DNA of 64,000 nucleotides from an uncultured virus (IMG/VR IMGVR_UViG_3300005618_000016) (IMGVR_UViG_3300005618_000016), one strand, 5' to 3'; shown: positions 20,257 through 31,179, numbered from the stretch's first letter. Program-made: numbers and translations. The notes: generated by a model not told the origin, from the sequence alone.

Positions 20257-21600
20257 ATGAGTCGCTTGGATCTCGTTCTTCAGAAGCACCCCGAGCACGA
20301 AGAGGGACTTCGCCTGCTCGCCTCGCGCGACCCGTCGAAGGATCTCAAGTACATCAACTGGGGTGCGAAGATGCTCGCCTCTGGGCAAGCACTCGCTCCG
20401 GAGATCGCCGACATCGTCGAACTCCATCACCAGTTCAGGGGGAGGCCGACCGCCAGCTACCCGAGCAGAAAACGAATCGAGGCGGACATCTACGTGTACC
20501 GCCCGCAAGATCTGGCGAAGCTGCGCAACGATCTCTTCAAGCTGAAACGCGCGCAGGATCGCAAACGTCGTGAACGGGAGCGTCTGTACCATCTCGACGA
20601 GTCGATCGAGGCGGATGTCGTGTACGAGTCGAACGATCTCATCGTCCGGCACATCAAAAACAAGTCCGCGAGCGCGCACTACGGTCTCGGAACGAAGTGG
20701 TGCATCTCGATGGTTCGAGAGGGGTATTTCGAGGACTACGAGACCCAGAACGCGACCTTCTTCTTTTTCGAGCGCAAGAATCGACTCGGAGACGAGTACG
20801 ACAAGGTCGCGCTCATGATCCCTCGCTGCAACGATGGGCGCTCCGTCGCGGACGCTTTTACGTCACTCGATCGACGTGTCGGCATGTTGGAGCTCGTCGA
20901 GGTGTACGGGGTGATCGTCTTCGACGTCTTCCGAGTGGTGTACGAGCGTAGCGCCAGGCATCCGCCCTCCTCGTCTTTTCTCGTGCGTCAGGGGAAAGCG
21001 ACTGCCGAACAGCTCGAGGACACATTCTCGAAGATCCACAAACTGCCACCGCATGAGACTCGGTCGACCCTGGTGGCAATCTGTTGCAACGACTCGGCCA
21101 CTGCGACTCTTCTCGAAGAGATCAGAACGCGAGCGCGTTCGATACTCTTGGCGTCGGAGCGACGTCGAGTCCGTGAGTCGGATCGGTTTTACCGCGCTCG
21201 TTTTCGACGCACCAGAAGAAGAGGTGTACCTCGAAGGGGTACCAAGGCGCGTACCGAAAAGGCAGTTCGAGATGCCGTTCGAGATCTGAATGCGGCACTG
21301 GTGATCCATCTGAACACTCCTGCAAGCGTGAGCTCGGAGTTGAGCAAGACGCTTCGTCGAGCTCATGTGGACATCGGATCGATTCGGCGTGTGGAGGGGG
21401 CTCGGATTGAATACAGCACCCCGTGTGGTCCCAACTCTTTACGCCGTCGTCTGCTTCGTCATCGGCGTGTACGACCGAAGACAGAGAAGGCGTTTCTAGC
21501 GCGCGCCGGAGTTTGCGAGCGACAGGCCAAGAGGTATCGAGCCAGGGCCGAGAAGGTTCGGCGCGAAGAATCCAAGAAGAAGCGAAGCAAGCGAGGTTGA
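20257..21600 (+). CDS. hypothetical phage protein with a YGLGTKWCIS motif and an Arg-rich C-terminus
   Basis: 447-aa ORF coupled to its neighbours. Confidence 0.65.
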   Translation: MSRLDLVLQKHPEHEEGLRLLASRDPSKDLKYINWGAKMLASGQALAPEIADIVELHHQFRGRPTASYPSRKRIEADIYVYRPQDLAKLRNDLFKLKRAQDRKRRERERLYHLDESIEADVVYESNDLIVRHIKNKSASAHYGLGTKWCISMVREGYFEDYETQNATFFFFERKNRLGDEYDKVALMIPRCNDGRSVADAFTSLDRRVGMLELVEVYGVIVFDVFRVVYERSARHPPSSSFLVRQGKATAEQLEDTFSKIHKLPPHETRSTLVAICCNDSATATLLEEIRTRARSILLASERRRVRESDRFYRARFRRTRRRGVPRRGTKARTEKAVRDAVRDLNAALVIHLNTPASVSSELSKTLRRAHVDIGSIRRVEGARIEYSTPCGPNSLRRRLLRHRRVRPKTEKAFLARAGVCERQAKRYRARAEKVRREESKKKRSKRG

Positions 21601-22155
21601 ATGTCACACCCTGGTTTTGTGTTCTACGGTCTAGTCGGGTTCATTTGGTTTTTGGTGAGCCTCAACGGTTTGTTCGTAGGATTCCGTGACGAACACATCT
21701 CGGTGAGCGCCGACAAAGACACACCGGAAGCGCGCACCGAGATGTGGTGGCAGATCTGGAACTTGTTTGCGGGCACTGTGGCTTCCGCAGCGCTTTGGCC
21801 TCTGTCGATGCCGGGCACCTTGCGTCACGTCGTTTGGTGGTTGAATCACGGAAAGTTGCCGTCCTACCACGTTCGTGTGCACGAAGACCCGTTCCGAGGC
21901 ATCGACGACGCGCTCCTGGGAGAGATCCTGACCGATCTTGCCGAATGGCGTGAGACGCGCCCGGAGCGTTTCGGTAATCCAGCGGTCTCGGTCGCCCTCA
22001 TGAACGTCTTGGCTCAAGAGGGACGGAAGATGCTCCAAGACTGGTCGACGAAAGACCGTCGTCTCGCGCTGGTCGACGGATTCGGGAACGTCCTCGACAG
22101 TTACGACAAGGCGGAAGAGTCGCTACGCAAGGCGGGGCTGCGCTCCGATCCCTAG
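21601..22155 (+). CDS. membrane protein
   Basis: two hydrophobic segments. Confidence 0.55.
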   Translation: MSHPGFVFYGLVGFIWFLVSLNGLFVGFRDEHISVSADKDTPEARTEMWWQIWNLFAGTVASAALWPLSMPGTLRHVVWWLNHGKLPSYHVRVHEDPFRGIDDALLGEILTDLAEWRETRPERFGNPAVSVALMNVLAQEGRKMLQDWSTKDRRLALVDGFGNVLDSYDKAEESLRKAGLRSDP

Positions 22156-22163
22156 TTACAATC

Positions 22164-22346
22164 CTAGACGGTGACGCTCGATCCGCTCCGCCCGATCTCC
22201 CCGCGGTACCGCGGCCCCCACCCCGTCGCCGCGAGGATGAGCGCGACGACCCCGATCGCTACGAGTCCGTACCCGACGGGCTTCGGCGCCGAGATCGCGC
22301 CCATGATGATGACCGCGCAGCAGAGGAGGATGACGGCTAGCCACAT
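22164..22346 (-). CDS. small two-helix membrane protein
   Basis: MWLAVILLCCAVIIMG...GLVAIGVVALILAA. Confidence 0.55.
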   Translation of the reverse strand: MWLAVILLCCAVIIMGAISAPKPVGYGLVAIGVVALILAATGWGPRYRGEIGRSGSSVTV

Positions 22347-24514
22347 GCCGTCAGCGTAACCCCGTTCACGTAGGGTGTCGATGTGGCGTTTTGGCTAATC
22401 CCAGTCGATCTCCGTGACGATGATGTAGTGCGAGTAATTCCGGAGCAGTTGCGAGGCGATCCTGGGGCCCACGAAGTAGATGTTCCCGCTGAAGATGTTG
22501 TAGGCGGTGAACCGTTGGGAGGTCTGCTCGACGAACGTGCGCACGAACGCGCGTGTTCTTCGGGCGTACTCGTCTTCGTCGACGATCATCCCTCGACTCC
22601 CCCGTCGCAGAACGGGCACTCCGGATGGGCGTCGGTACCCCTCGCCATGTAGGCACCGCAACGCTTGCAGGAGGGTCGGGGAGGCGGCCTCGGAATGGGG
22701 TTGGCTTCCGGTCTAAGGCGCAACTGGCCGTTCTTGTCGAGTTCCACGTCCGCTGGCGTGATCGTGTACTCGCCTGGCTGTAGCGGCTTCCTGGAGGGCT
22801 TCTCAGGCATCAGGCGCTCCCGGTATCCTCCCGCCACCGATGACCTTGAACGCCACGATGAGGAGCGGCTCGACCATGTGCTCGGGTACCTCCAGCTTGA
22901 GCTCCGTGGACGCGCGTTTCATGGCTTCGTCGAACCGGAGGCGTTCGTTGCCCTCGGCGCCGAGGAGTTCGACCATTCTGCGCAGGACGGGGGCGTACTT
23001 CATGGCGTCGGATTTCGGTACGATCATTGCTCGCTCTTGATTTTGCGTTTGGGGGAACCGTCCACGACGCGCGTGAACTCGAATCGTATTTTGTCGCAGA
23101 GGCAGCCACCGCAGGACATCAGGTTGAGGAGCTCCTTGGCGTTTGGTTGATCCCAGGCGACGCTGTCGTAGTCGAAGATGTTGTCGGCACACCAGGATCC
23201 ATCGTTGTACATGAACTCGATCATGCTTCGATCCCAACAGTAAGGGACGTCTAGTTCCCACATTCCGGTGACAGCATCGTCGAAGGACTTGATCCGCACC
23301 AGAACGCGTTTTGTCACGATGACGCAGTCTTCTCTGTGCGGACTTCCTATCTTCTGGTTGCAGTAGAAACACGAACCAGGATCTCCTGCTGGGCGGATTC
23401 CGTCATCTAGATCATGTACCAGGGGCCAGTTCATCGACGGCACCCGTGAAACCCGTCCGACGGAACCCAGCTTTCCGGGCACTTCAGGTAGCACTCCGAC
23501 CATCCGTTGATCTTCGCGATCTTGAATGGAAGGCCCGCAGCTGATCCCTGTTCGGGGCACCATTTTTCTGAATGGTTGTTGATCATCTTTTCACATCCGA
23601 AGGCCACCATGAAGATGGTGACAACCATGAGGGCGGTGACGATGGTCACTTCCTTGTTCACGGTCGCACCTTCCGCATTGCGCTCGGGCGAGTGATGAGC
23701 TCGAGTTTGTTGAGCGCGTTTCTGAGTATTGGGAGAAGTTCTGGGCGAGACGTATCTCTCCCCCAGTTATCCCCGACCCACGCATCCGCCAACTCGCACG
23801 CGAGCTCGCTCGACTGTAGGTCCATGACCTCCTGCTCGTCGTCGATGCGAGCCTCGAGCATCGCTTGGCGCGTCTCGGCGGCTCGCGGGTGTGTTTCAAA
23901 CAGACTCTTTCGTACAGGTTTTGTGGGCATCAGTTCTCTCCCATCGGCTCACACCGATCGTCTTCGGCGCGCATGTGAGCGATGGCCGAATCTACGTCGG
24001 ATTCGGAAGCGCACATGTCGAGCGCTGCCTGACGGTATCCCTCGTACTTGTCCTTGATCATGACGCCCTTCGTTCGAGTTCGTGGTCGATCGCGATCAAC
24101 CAGTCTCCGTAATCCATCGGTCTACCCATCTGCCTACGTAGGTTGAAGAGTACGACTGCGTCGGCGTGGATCTCGTCCACAATCGACAGCGCCATCTCGT
24201 GCCGATCCGCGTCGCGGTGCACCGTGTACCGGTACACGTCCTCGAGCAGCTGCACCTCGGCGCGGCGTAGCTGCAGCTCCGCCGTTGGAGCATCGGCGAC
24301 GGCGTCTTTCAGGCTCATCGGAGCCCCCGAGACACGATTCCGGAGAAGGTTCCGGACTTGGCCACGCGGATAGGCCCCCATGCCCCATGAATGCATCGAA
24401 GGGCCTCGATGAATTCATCGATCGCGGTGCCCGCCTCCCGAGCCATGTGCGCCTCCAGCATCACCTGGCGCAGGAGGCGGAAGCGGACGCTCTCGAGCGG
24501 GTCCTGCAAGGTGG

Positions 24515-24703
24515 TCACCGTTTCCCCTCGTCTCCGTACTTGCGCTCTTCTGCCACCCGCAGCCCCGTATGGAGGAGCCACGTGCTGACCCCAAGGCCCT
24601 CTCGGGAGGCGATAGCCTCGAGCGCCTCCTTCTGTTTTGTCGTGAGACGCACGTTGACGACCTCCTCCTTCGTCTCTTTTGTCGGCTTCTTCGTTCGCGG
24701 CAT
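24515..24703 (-). CDS. ribbon-helix-helix regulator
   Basis: VVNVRLTTKQKEALEAIASREGLGVSTWLL. Confidence 0.7.
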   Translation of the reverse strand: MPRTKKPTKETKEEVVNVRLTTKQKEALEAIASREGLGVSTWLLHTGLRVAEERKYGDEGKR

Positions 24704-25495
24704 TGGTCACTTGCCTTTCGGGCGGTTCTTGATCCTGGAGATCACTTCGTCGAGGCTACCGATCATCATGTCGGTCACCCCGGTGCGCTGGACCGGGAGT
24801 CTCGCGCAAGCATGCCTCAACTCCTCGAGCGTTTGGACGCACTCGTCGAGTTCCTGCTCCGTCGTCGGACGACGGCGCCCGAGTATGGGATCGAGCGTCT
24901 CACGCGCGGAGTGGAGCTTCTCACGAGCCTGGGTCACGTTTCCACCGCCTCGTAGCTGAGGGTCTGCGCGGCTTGTGCCGCTGCGTCCTGGGCCGTCTCT
25001 CCGAAGAAGACCCTCGTTCCTTCTGGCGTTCGGATCGCGGTCTGGAACTTGCTCGATGCGCTGAGTCTCACGTAGGCGCCCTCCGGGTTCGCACGCATCC
25101 ACTCCGTGAAGATGTCGAAGATCCTGGCAGCGGCATCGGCGTGCCGGATCCGGGTGCGCTCCTCCGCACTCGGCACTGGCGTGACCGTGATCTTCTCCCG
25201 AACCCGGAAGACGAGACGGCATGCCAGATCGATGAAGGCTTCCTCGGGGTCTTTTTCGAGGTAGGCGGTGTCCGTGTTCTCGATGACGTCACGGAGCCCC
25301 GCGGCGAGCTCGCGGATCATGTCGTCGAGGCCCATGGGGGGCTGACGGGGGGCGGGGGATTGATCGGGTTTCATTTGGCTCCTTCGATGGGTCGTTTTGG
25401 TTTCTTTCGAGCGATGCGAACGACGCAGCGAGCGCAGGTCACCTTCTCGCCGTTCTTCTTGCTCAGGCGGTAGCACTTGAGGCAGGTCGGTTTGC

Positions 25496-26041
25496 TCACG
25501 CAGCCTCCAAGGCATCACCGTCGACTGCCCGAAGAAGCGCAACGACGAGGAGCCCCGCGACGCAGCCACCGATGTGGCACCCGAACGAGACGTTGTCTTC
25601 GCCTCCGACGAAGGCGTGCCAAACGTTGATGCCGACGAAGGCGACTACGAAACCCATGAGGCGAGGGCGAAGGACCCCTGCCACAGCAAGGACTCCGAAG
25701 ATGGCCCCAGAGGCGCCCACCAAGGGCTCACTGGCGTTCGGGTTCACGAGTATGTGGAAGAGTCCGCCGGCAACGCCAGCGAGCGTGTAGAGGCTCAGGA
25801 AACGGAGGCTTCCGAGAGCCCTTTCCACGACGGTCCCGAAAAGGACCAGGAAGGCCATGTTACCGCCCAGGTGGATCAGGCTGTTGGGGTCGTGGAGGAA
25901 GAGGCTCGTGAAGAGAGTCTCGGGAGCGAAATGGACCGGGATCAGGCCGTAGATGTTGCAGACCGCCCGGCCACCGGCCCCTAACTCGAGGAGGTAGGCC
26001 AGAACGTTGGCGACCACGAGGAGGAGGGTCATGACTGGCAT
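25496..26041 (-). CDS. rhomboid-family intramembrane serine protease
   Basis: FTSLFLH...HLGGNM, VERALG, catalytic GASGA and CHIGG; about six TM segments. Confidence 0.92.
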   Translation of the reverse strand: MPVMTLLLVVANVLAYLLELGAGGRAVCNIYGLIPVHFAPETLFTSLFLHDPNSLIHLGGNMAFLVLFGTVVERALGSLRFLSLYTLAGVAGGLFHILVNPNASEPLVGASGAIFGVLAVAGVLRPRLMGFVVAFVGINVWHAFVGGEDNVSFGCHIGGCVAGLLVVALLRAVDGDALEAA

Positions 26042-27345
26042 GTGTAGTAGACGAAGCCTATCAGAGGTATATTCATTCTGCAACTTTTCCACCCCGGTTG
26101 TATGGACAAAAAGCGTTGGCTTCGTGAATACCGGCGGGATACGCTCCGTCTGGCCTCCCATGACCATGATTCACGCGATGAACGAGGCTCGCCGGAGTGC
26201 GTTCGATCTGATGCGCCGGCAGAGCCTCCGTACGGGGCGAGGGCTCGCTGAGGTGTACTTCCTCGGCGACGTCACGACCCACAGCATCGCCCACGCGCTC
26301 GAAGATCTCGGTTGGTTGACGATCCTCCCGGGGCGCAAAGGCCGTCCTTCGCAGATCCGCCTGACCGACGTGGGGCTGTGGGTGCTCGGGGGCGCATCGT
26401 GAGCCGCGTTGAACACTCGTACACGATTCTTCTTCCAGTTTCAGGAGAAGCGTTCGGGCGATGGCTCGACGAAAACCACGCGACCGTCGAGATCTCGTGC
26501 GCGCTAGGAACGTACCACGTTCGCGTCAACCGGCACCGTCTCGACTCTTTCAAGGAGTCCGGAAACGTCTCTGTTCGGCGGTGCGGAGACCTCGAAGTGT
26601 CCGCCTACAGCAAGACGCTCGAAGAGGCGCTTCTTACCGCCATGCAGAAGTGCATGGAGGAGCCTTTCAAGTGAGCCGCCGCGACACGCTGGCGCAGGCC
26701 GCCTGGCGCATTCAAGTGTTCGCGGCGAACGGGCGGGTTACGCAAGAACACCTGTTTTGTACGGGCGACTACGCGGTGGATGGCCACAACGCGCGCAAGC
26801 TCTTCGATGGGTTGAACCTCGTCGAAGGAAGTCGTGCCGAGTACCAAATCCGCCAAGAAGGAAAGTCTCGTTTTCAGACGTGGGGGCGCAAGGAACAACG
26901 CGACGGTCAAATGCGTCACCGTGAAGGCAAGCGATGATCACCACCGACCTCAAGCTCCTCGTCGACGTCGCCTGGCACAACCGAGACGGCCAGGCCCCCT
27001 ACCTTCTCGCCAAGGGTGAGTACGCCGCCGCCGAGCGCCTGTTGAAGCGCGGCCTGATCATGAACGGCGGAGGCGGACAGGTGGGCATCACCAGCGCCGG
27101 AGAACAGCTCATCGTCACGCTCTGCGGAAGGGTTGCGCGGGGCGGGGTGCGGAAGGCGAGAGGTGCGCTCTGATGGCCTGGCGTTACACCCAAGCGGGAC
27201 GAGAGGTCGGGCGACCGAGTAGCGAGCACGGTTTTCACGTGGAGGGTCCCCTCACGTCGGAAGACTGGAAGGGGATCATTCACGACATCGTCGAGGAGAT
27301 GGTCGAACAGGCGAAACTAGAAAGCGAAAGAAAGAGAAAAGTCTG

Positions 27346-27612
27346 ATGTGTACGATCTGGAAATTTCCCGTGCCAGTGAGCGATGAGTTTCCGCTGGTGT
27401 TGCCTACCGGAGCTCAGTTTTTGAGCGTTCAAACGCAAGGAACGCTTCCGCAGATGTGGTTCCTGCTCGATCCGAAGGCTCGACCGACGCATCGTCGGTT
27501 CGCGGTCTTCGGTACGGGACACGTGATCGAAGATCTAGATAGGCTCGCGTATCTCGGAACGTTTCAGATGAACGGCGGGTCGCTTGTCTTCCACCTGTTC
27601 GAGCGGCGTTGA
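27346..27612 (+). CDS. conserved-looking phage hypothetical protein
   Basis: TIWKFP...FLSVQTQ...FGTGH...YLGTFQ...LVFHLFE. Confidence 0.6.
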   Translation: MCTIWKFPVPVSDEFPLVLPTGAQFLSVQTQGTLPQMWFLLDPKARPTHRRFAVFGTGHVIEDLDRLAYLGTFQMNGGSLVFHLFERR

Positions 27613-27849
27613 GGCAGATGCCAACCGGAGTCCCTATCTCACTCAAATGCCCCCGTTGCATGCGCGGTAAGTGGGGCAAGCTACCGCGTGTGAAAGGCGT
27701 GAGACCGAGCGGCATATTCGAGACGAAGTTGACGGCTCGAAGTACCCGTCGCGTCGGCAGAGGGCCGCGCGTCTACCGGCAACGTGTCGACTGCTTCGAC
27801 TGCGGGCACTCTTGGTGGTCGACGCTTCCGGGCGTCGCTCGTCCGTGGC

Positions 27850-28635
27850 TCACTCCTTGACGAACACCGACACGCCGATCTTGCCCTCGGCGTGCTTCTC
27901 GACGAGGGACACGAACACGCGACCGTCGGGTCCGTACTCCGTGCGCTTGAAGCCGGGGACGATCTCTGGCTCCTTGCCGATCTCGGCAGCGATGCCTCGC
28001 GCGGAGTCCAGGATCTTCGGAGGGATCTCCTTCGGACCGACACGGCGGTACCCGGGTAGCGTCGCTTTCGAGTGGTCCGGGCGTTTCGCCATCAACTTGA
28101 GCCAGAGATCGGCGCGTTGCCAGTCGCGGTCTTCCGGCTTGCACTTCCCGCCGCTCGCGAAGCTTGCCAGCATCTTCGCGACCCGGTTCCTGTCGGCGCG
28201 CACTCCGATGAACACGCCGCACTGACGCGCCTGCGAGACGACGACACGGAGCCCGTACTGCGCGCACAGGTGCGTGGCATCGGTCCCAAGCCCCACGAGA
28301 CGCTCCCACACGTCCTGTGGAACTATCCCGGACACATGAAGCTGAAACCCACACCGGGCAAGGCCATGATCCTGCGTCCACGTAGGGTGCTGCTCACCGG
28401 CATGGATGCGCTTGTCGAAAAGCGTTTCGCTGTACCAGATCACGGCCCCAGCGGCGGCTATCTCGGTGGAGGTCCACCCGGTTCCGTTCGCGTACGGCGT
28501 AGCCTCCTCGGCGAGTGCCGTGGCGATCTGCGTTACACGATCGACGTACTCCTCGCGGGTTTCTCCAGGGGCATGGGAACCCGGGAGGCGCGTCAATTCA
28601 GAGGCGAGCCAGGCGGCTACGACGGCTGTTTTCAC
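27850..28635 (-). CDS. putative lysozyme-fold/lytic transglycosylase-like protein with a C-terminal domain shared with 45870-46292
   Basis: AVIWYSETLFD...DHGLARCGFQL resembles the ES and GLMQL motifs; function is weakly supported. Confidence 0.4.
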   Translation of the reverse strand: MKTAVVAAWLASELTRLPGSHAPGETREEYVDRVTQIATALAEEATPYANGTGWTSTEIAAAGAVIWYSETLFDKRIHAGEQHPTWTQDHGLARCGFQLHVSGIVPQDVWERLVGLGTDATHLCAQYGLRVVVSQARQCGVFIGVRADRNRVAKMLASFASGGKCKPEDRDWQRADLWLKLMAKRPDHSKATLPGYRRVGPKEIPPKILDSARGIAAEIGKEPEIVPGFKRTEYGPDGRVFVSLVEKHAEGKIGVSVFVKE

Positions 28636-28710
28636 GAGCCCCCGACAGCGTGTGTGATCGACATGACACGCACCCTAGTCAGATGAGCAACCTTCGTCAA
28701 TAATGGGACC

Positions 28711-29034
28711 ATGAGCGCTCTGAATCAAGTTCGGGCTCTATCTCGCATCCGTCGAGCGCTCGTAGAGATGGAAGCCGAGGTCGTCGATAGCGAGCGAGAA
28801 TTCTTGGAGTCTGGGGGCGTCATGCCGGCCGACGTCGACGCCGCTCTCCGTTCGTTCCATGCTCGCCTCCGGATGGCCAACGGGATGGTGACGACGTATG
28901 CGAAAACGTTGAGCGCGGACTACGACGATCAGAAGACTCCGGCGCGAACTCCGAGCGCGATGATCCGGGCAGCGAGCCCCGAGGCGATCCAGGCGTTCGA
29001 GAAGAGCGTCGAGTTGATGCAGAAGAAGCCGTAG
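28711..29034 (+). CDS. hypothetical protein
   Basis: 107-aa ORF in an isolated divergent position. Confidence 0.55.
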   Translation: MSALNQVRALSRIRRALVEMEAEVVDSEREFLESGGVMPADVDAALRSFHARLRMANGMVTTYAKTLSADYDDQKTPARTPSAMIRAASPEAIQAFEKSVELMQKKP

Positions 29035-29037
29035 CCC

Positions 29038-29346
29038 CTACGGGAAGAACCCCTGCGTCGTCCCGGGCGCAGGAGGATTCTTCGCCTCGTACGCCTTCCA
29101 GGCGGCCCACGCGAGCACGAACGCTTCGATTCCGAGGGCACCTGCCACGGCGTTCCGAACTAGGTGCTTCCGCTCGCCAGCGACCGCCATGCCGGTCCCG
29201 ACGAGCACCGAGCGCCCCAGGGTGTGCCCCACGACTCCGACGATCCCCATCGGGTCTCCGGTCATGAGGCGGTAGGCGCTCGTGCCGGAGGGGAGCGCTG
29301 GGTACGCGGGAGGGGTAATCGCTTCGCCGAGGCCGATGTGCATCAT
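29038..29346 (-). CDS. small membrane protein, possibly in the virion
   Basis: MMHIGLGEA N-terminus resembles the 44-46 kb proteins; hydrophobic helices. Confidence 0.55.
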   Translation of the reverse strand: MMHIGLGEAITPPAYPALPSGTSAYRLMTGDPMGIVGVVGHTLGRSVLVGTGMAVAGERKHLVRNAVAGALGIEAFVLAWAAWKAYEAKNPPAPGTTQGFFP

Positions 29347-29424
29347 GGCGGTACAATCGTACCGGAACTTAGTCGCACCGTCGAGCTTGACTGTTCGGTT
29401 TAATCGGAGTAAAACCCGATCTCG

Positions 29425-29592
29425 ATGATTTTGAAGGTCAGAAAGTTGGGGGGAAGCCTTGCCTTGATCATCCCGCACGACGTGGCCAAGTTGATGGGGC
29501 TCGTCGAGGGTACCGAGGTTCGGTTGACGTTGTCCGGACGCAAACTCACCGTCGCGCCGCAGGTGCCCAAGAAGCCGAAAGGCAAGTCTTAG
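29425..29592 (+). CDS. AbrB/MazE-like DNA-binding protein (not in the ORF track)
   Basis: MILKVRKLGGSLALIIPHDVAKLMGLVEGTEVRLTL; GGAG SD. Confidence 0.8.
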   Translation: MILKVRKLGGSLALIIPHDVAKLMGLVEGTEVRLTLSGRKLTVAPQVPKKPKGKS

Positions 29593-29875
29593 TGCACATC
29601 ACCGTGAAACGTGAAGCTCCTGACGGCCTATCGCAGATCGTTTGGGTGTTCTGGTTGTTCGTGGAGTTCAGCGCCACTGCGCAGGTACGCCCGAACGAGT
29701 ACCGAGAGGAAGAGCGCCCTACCAAGCGTCACAAATTTCGTACCGTGCGGGCCTGGAACAGAATTTCATGGAACCGTCACGACGGCACAAAAACGAAGTG
29801 GATCGATCCGCCTGAAGACGTTCGAGAAGAGGTCATTCGGATCATCGTGTCCAAGATCGTTTTCGTAGATCCGTC

Positions 29876-30610
29876 ATGATCGGTTCGCTCTTCTCCGGTA
29901 TCGGAGGGTTGGAGCTCGGCTTGGAGTGGGCCGGCTTCGGGCCAGTGTCGTGGCAGTGCGAGATCGATCACTTTCGACGCCTCGTGCTCGCGAAACACTG
30001 GCCGAACGCCACCCGCTACGAAAACGTCCGGAGCCTATCCGGTAGGAAAAGAGATGGCTCGTACCTCATCGAATCTCTCGCGCACGTCGATCTCATCTGC
30101 GGCGGGTTCCCGTGTCAGCCGTTCTCTGCCGCGTCTCGCGGTAGACGATCACTCGACCTCACGCTCTGGAAAGCGTTCGTCGAGGTCGTCGAGCGGGTCA
30201 GACCGAACCAAGTCGTCGTCGAAAACGTTGCGAACAACGCGACGAAGCACTGGTTGCCGGCGGTGCGGCAAGATCTGCTCCTGCTTGGTTATCGAACGCG
30301 CTCCCTTCGGATTGACGCGCGAGACGTTGGGGCTCCCCACGCCCGTGCCCGCGTCTTCGTTGTTGGCTACGCCGACGCGAAAGCACAACCAGCTAGCGCC
30401 CAGCATGGCCAAATGGCCCGGGTGCCGGCGGCTGCAAAAGCTGGCAGGGCGTGGCGGAAACCCCTCCCCGGAGCTCTACGAATGGATGATGGGGTTTCCT
30501 TCGGGGTGGACCGACTTGCGGCGCTAGGCGACGCGGTCGTGCCGCAGGCTGCCTTCGTCGCGGGAAGCGTTCTGGTGGATTGGGTTCACGCCCACTCCGG
30601 ATCGGTCTGA
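29876..30610 (+). CDS. C5-cytosine DNA methyltransferase, large subunit (motifs I-VIII and X)
   Basis: SLFSGIGG, CGGFPCQPFS, VVENV, PHARARVF, RLAALGDAVVPQ. Confidence 0.9.
   Translation: MIGSLFSGIGGLELGLEWAGFGPVSWQCEIDHFRRLVLAKHWPNATRYENVRSLSGRKRDGSYLIESLAHVDLICGGFPCQPFSAASRGRRSLDLTLWKAFVEVVERVRPNQVVVENVANNATKHWLPAVRQDLLLLGYRTRSLRIDARDVGAPHARARVFVVGYADAKAQPASAQHGQMARVPAAAKAGRAWRKPLPGALRMDDGVSFGVDRLAALGDAVVPQAAFVAGSVLVDWVHAHSGSV
30054..30527 (+). CDS. nested out-of-frame C5-methyltransferase small subunit (motif IX)
   Basis: LLATPT...NPSPELYEWMMGFPSGWT; true start uncertain. Confidence 0.7.
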   Translation: MARTSSNLSRTSISSAAGSRVSRSLPRLAVDDHSTSRSGKRSSRSSSGSDRTKSSSKTLRTTRRSTGCRRCGKICSCLVIERAPFGLTRETLGLPTPVPASSLLATPTRKHNQLAPSMAKWPGCRRLQKLAGRGGNPSPELYEWMMGFPSGWTDLRR

Positions 30611-31179
30611 ACGGCTCTTGCCGCATCCTTGGGCGTGTTGAAATCCGCGTAGTGAACCTGAACCCACTCGTCCTCGTCCTTGAGCTCGTACAAACCGAGC
30701 TCGACCGGGGATTCCGGATCGCGCGGTTCGTGGTCGTCTTGTGTCATGACCAACAGACGTCTACGCCCGTTCTTCGAGTTCAATCCGCGAGTCGCAGCGC
30801 TCGCGCTGATCTCGTTGTTCCAGCCGACGCTCCATCCTTTCAAGACGTAGCCGAGATTGTTCGATTCGCGGAGAGCGTGAGGCGTACCGCCTTCGATTCG
30901 CGCCGACGCCACTCCGAGCTTGTACCAGCTAGAAAAATGGTACTCCCCGTGATCCCGCAGTTCTTCGCCCATCTTCTGGGCTTCGTGCTCCGTTAGGTTT
31001 TTGCCGATTTTCTTCTTGAGGATCCTCACGGCTTCTTGAGTGTTCTCGACGGGGACGCGCTCTTCTTTGGTCAGTATGCGTTTTCCTTCATGCTGTCCGC
31101 TTTCGGTCCACGTGATGATCAGCGTTTTTTGAGGGGCGGTCAGCGCTTGCGGCGTGGCGCTGACCGTTTGGCTTTTGGG
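30586..31179 (-). CDS. C-terminal extension of 31140-32453 reached by -1 frameshift
   Basis: open frame with no ATG/GTG start near the junction; slippery site plus hairpin. Confidence 0.65.
   Translation of the reverse strand, partial: PKSQTVSATPQALTAPQKTLIITWTESGQHEGKRILTKEERVPVENTQEAVRILKKKIGKNLTEHEAQKMGEELRDHGEYHFSSWYKLGVASARIEGGTPHALRESNNLGYVLKGWSVGWNNEISASAATRGLNSKNGRRRLLVMTQDDHEPRDPESPVELGLYELKDEDEWVQVHYADFNTPKDAARAVQTDPEWA
31137..31179 (-). promoter_or_regulatory. programmed -1 ribosomal frameshift signal
   Basis: C_CCA_AAA in frame, 6-nt spacer, perfect 10-bp stem CGGTCAGCGC/GCGCTGACCG with a 10-nt loop. Confidence 0.75.

Noticed and set aside
29425..29879. AbrB/MazE gene plus the downstream ORF as a toxin-antitoxin pair
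   Set aside because: The downstream 95-aa ORF shows no MazF, PIN or Doc motifs that I can recognise.
29876..30610. C5 methyltransferase as a truncated pseudogene
   Set aside because: The missing motif IX is present in a nested frame.
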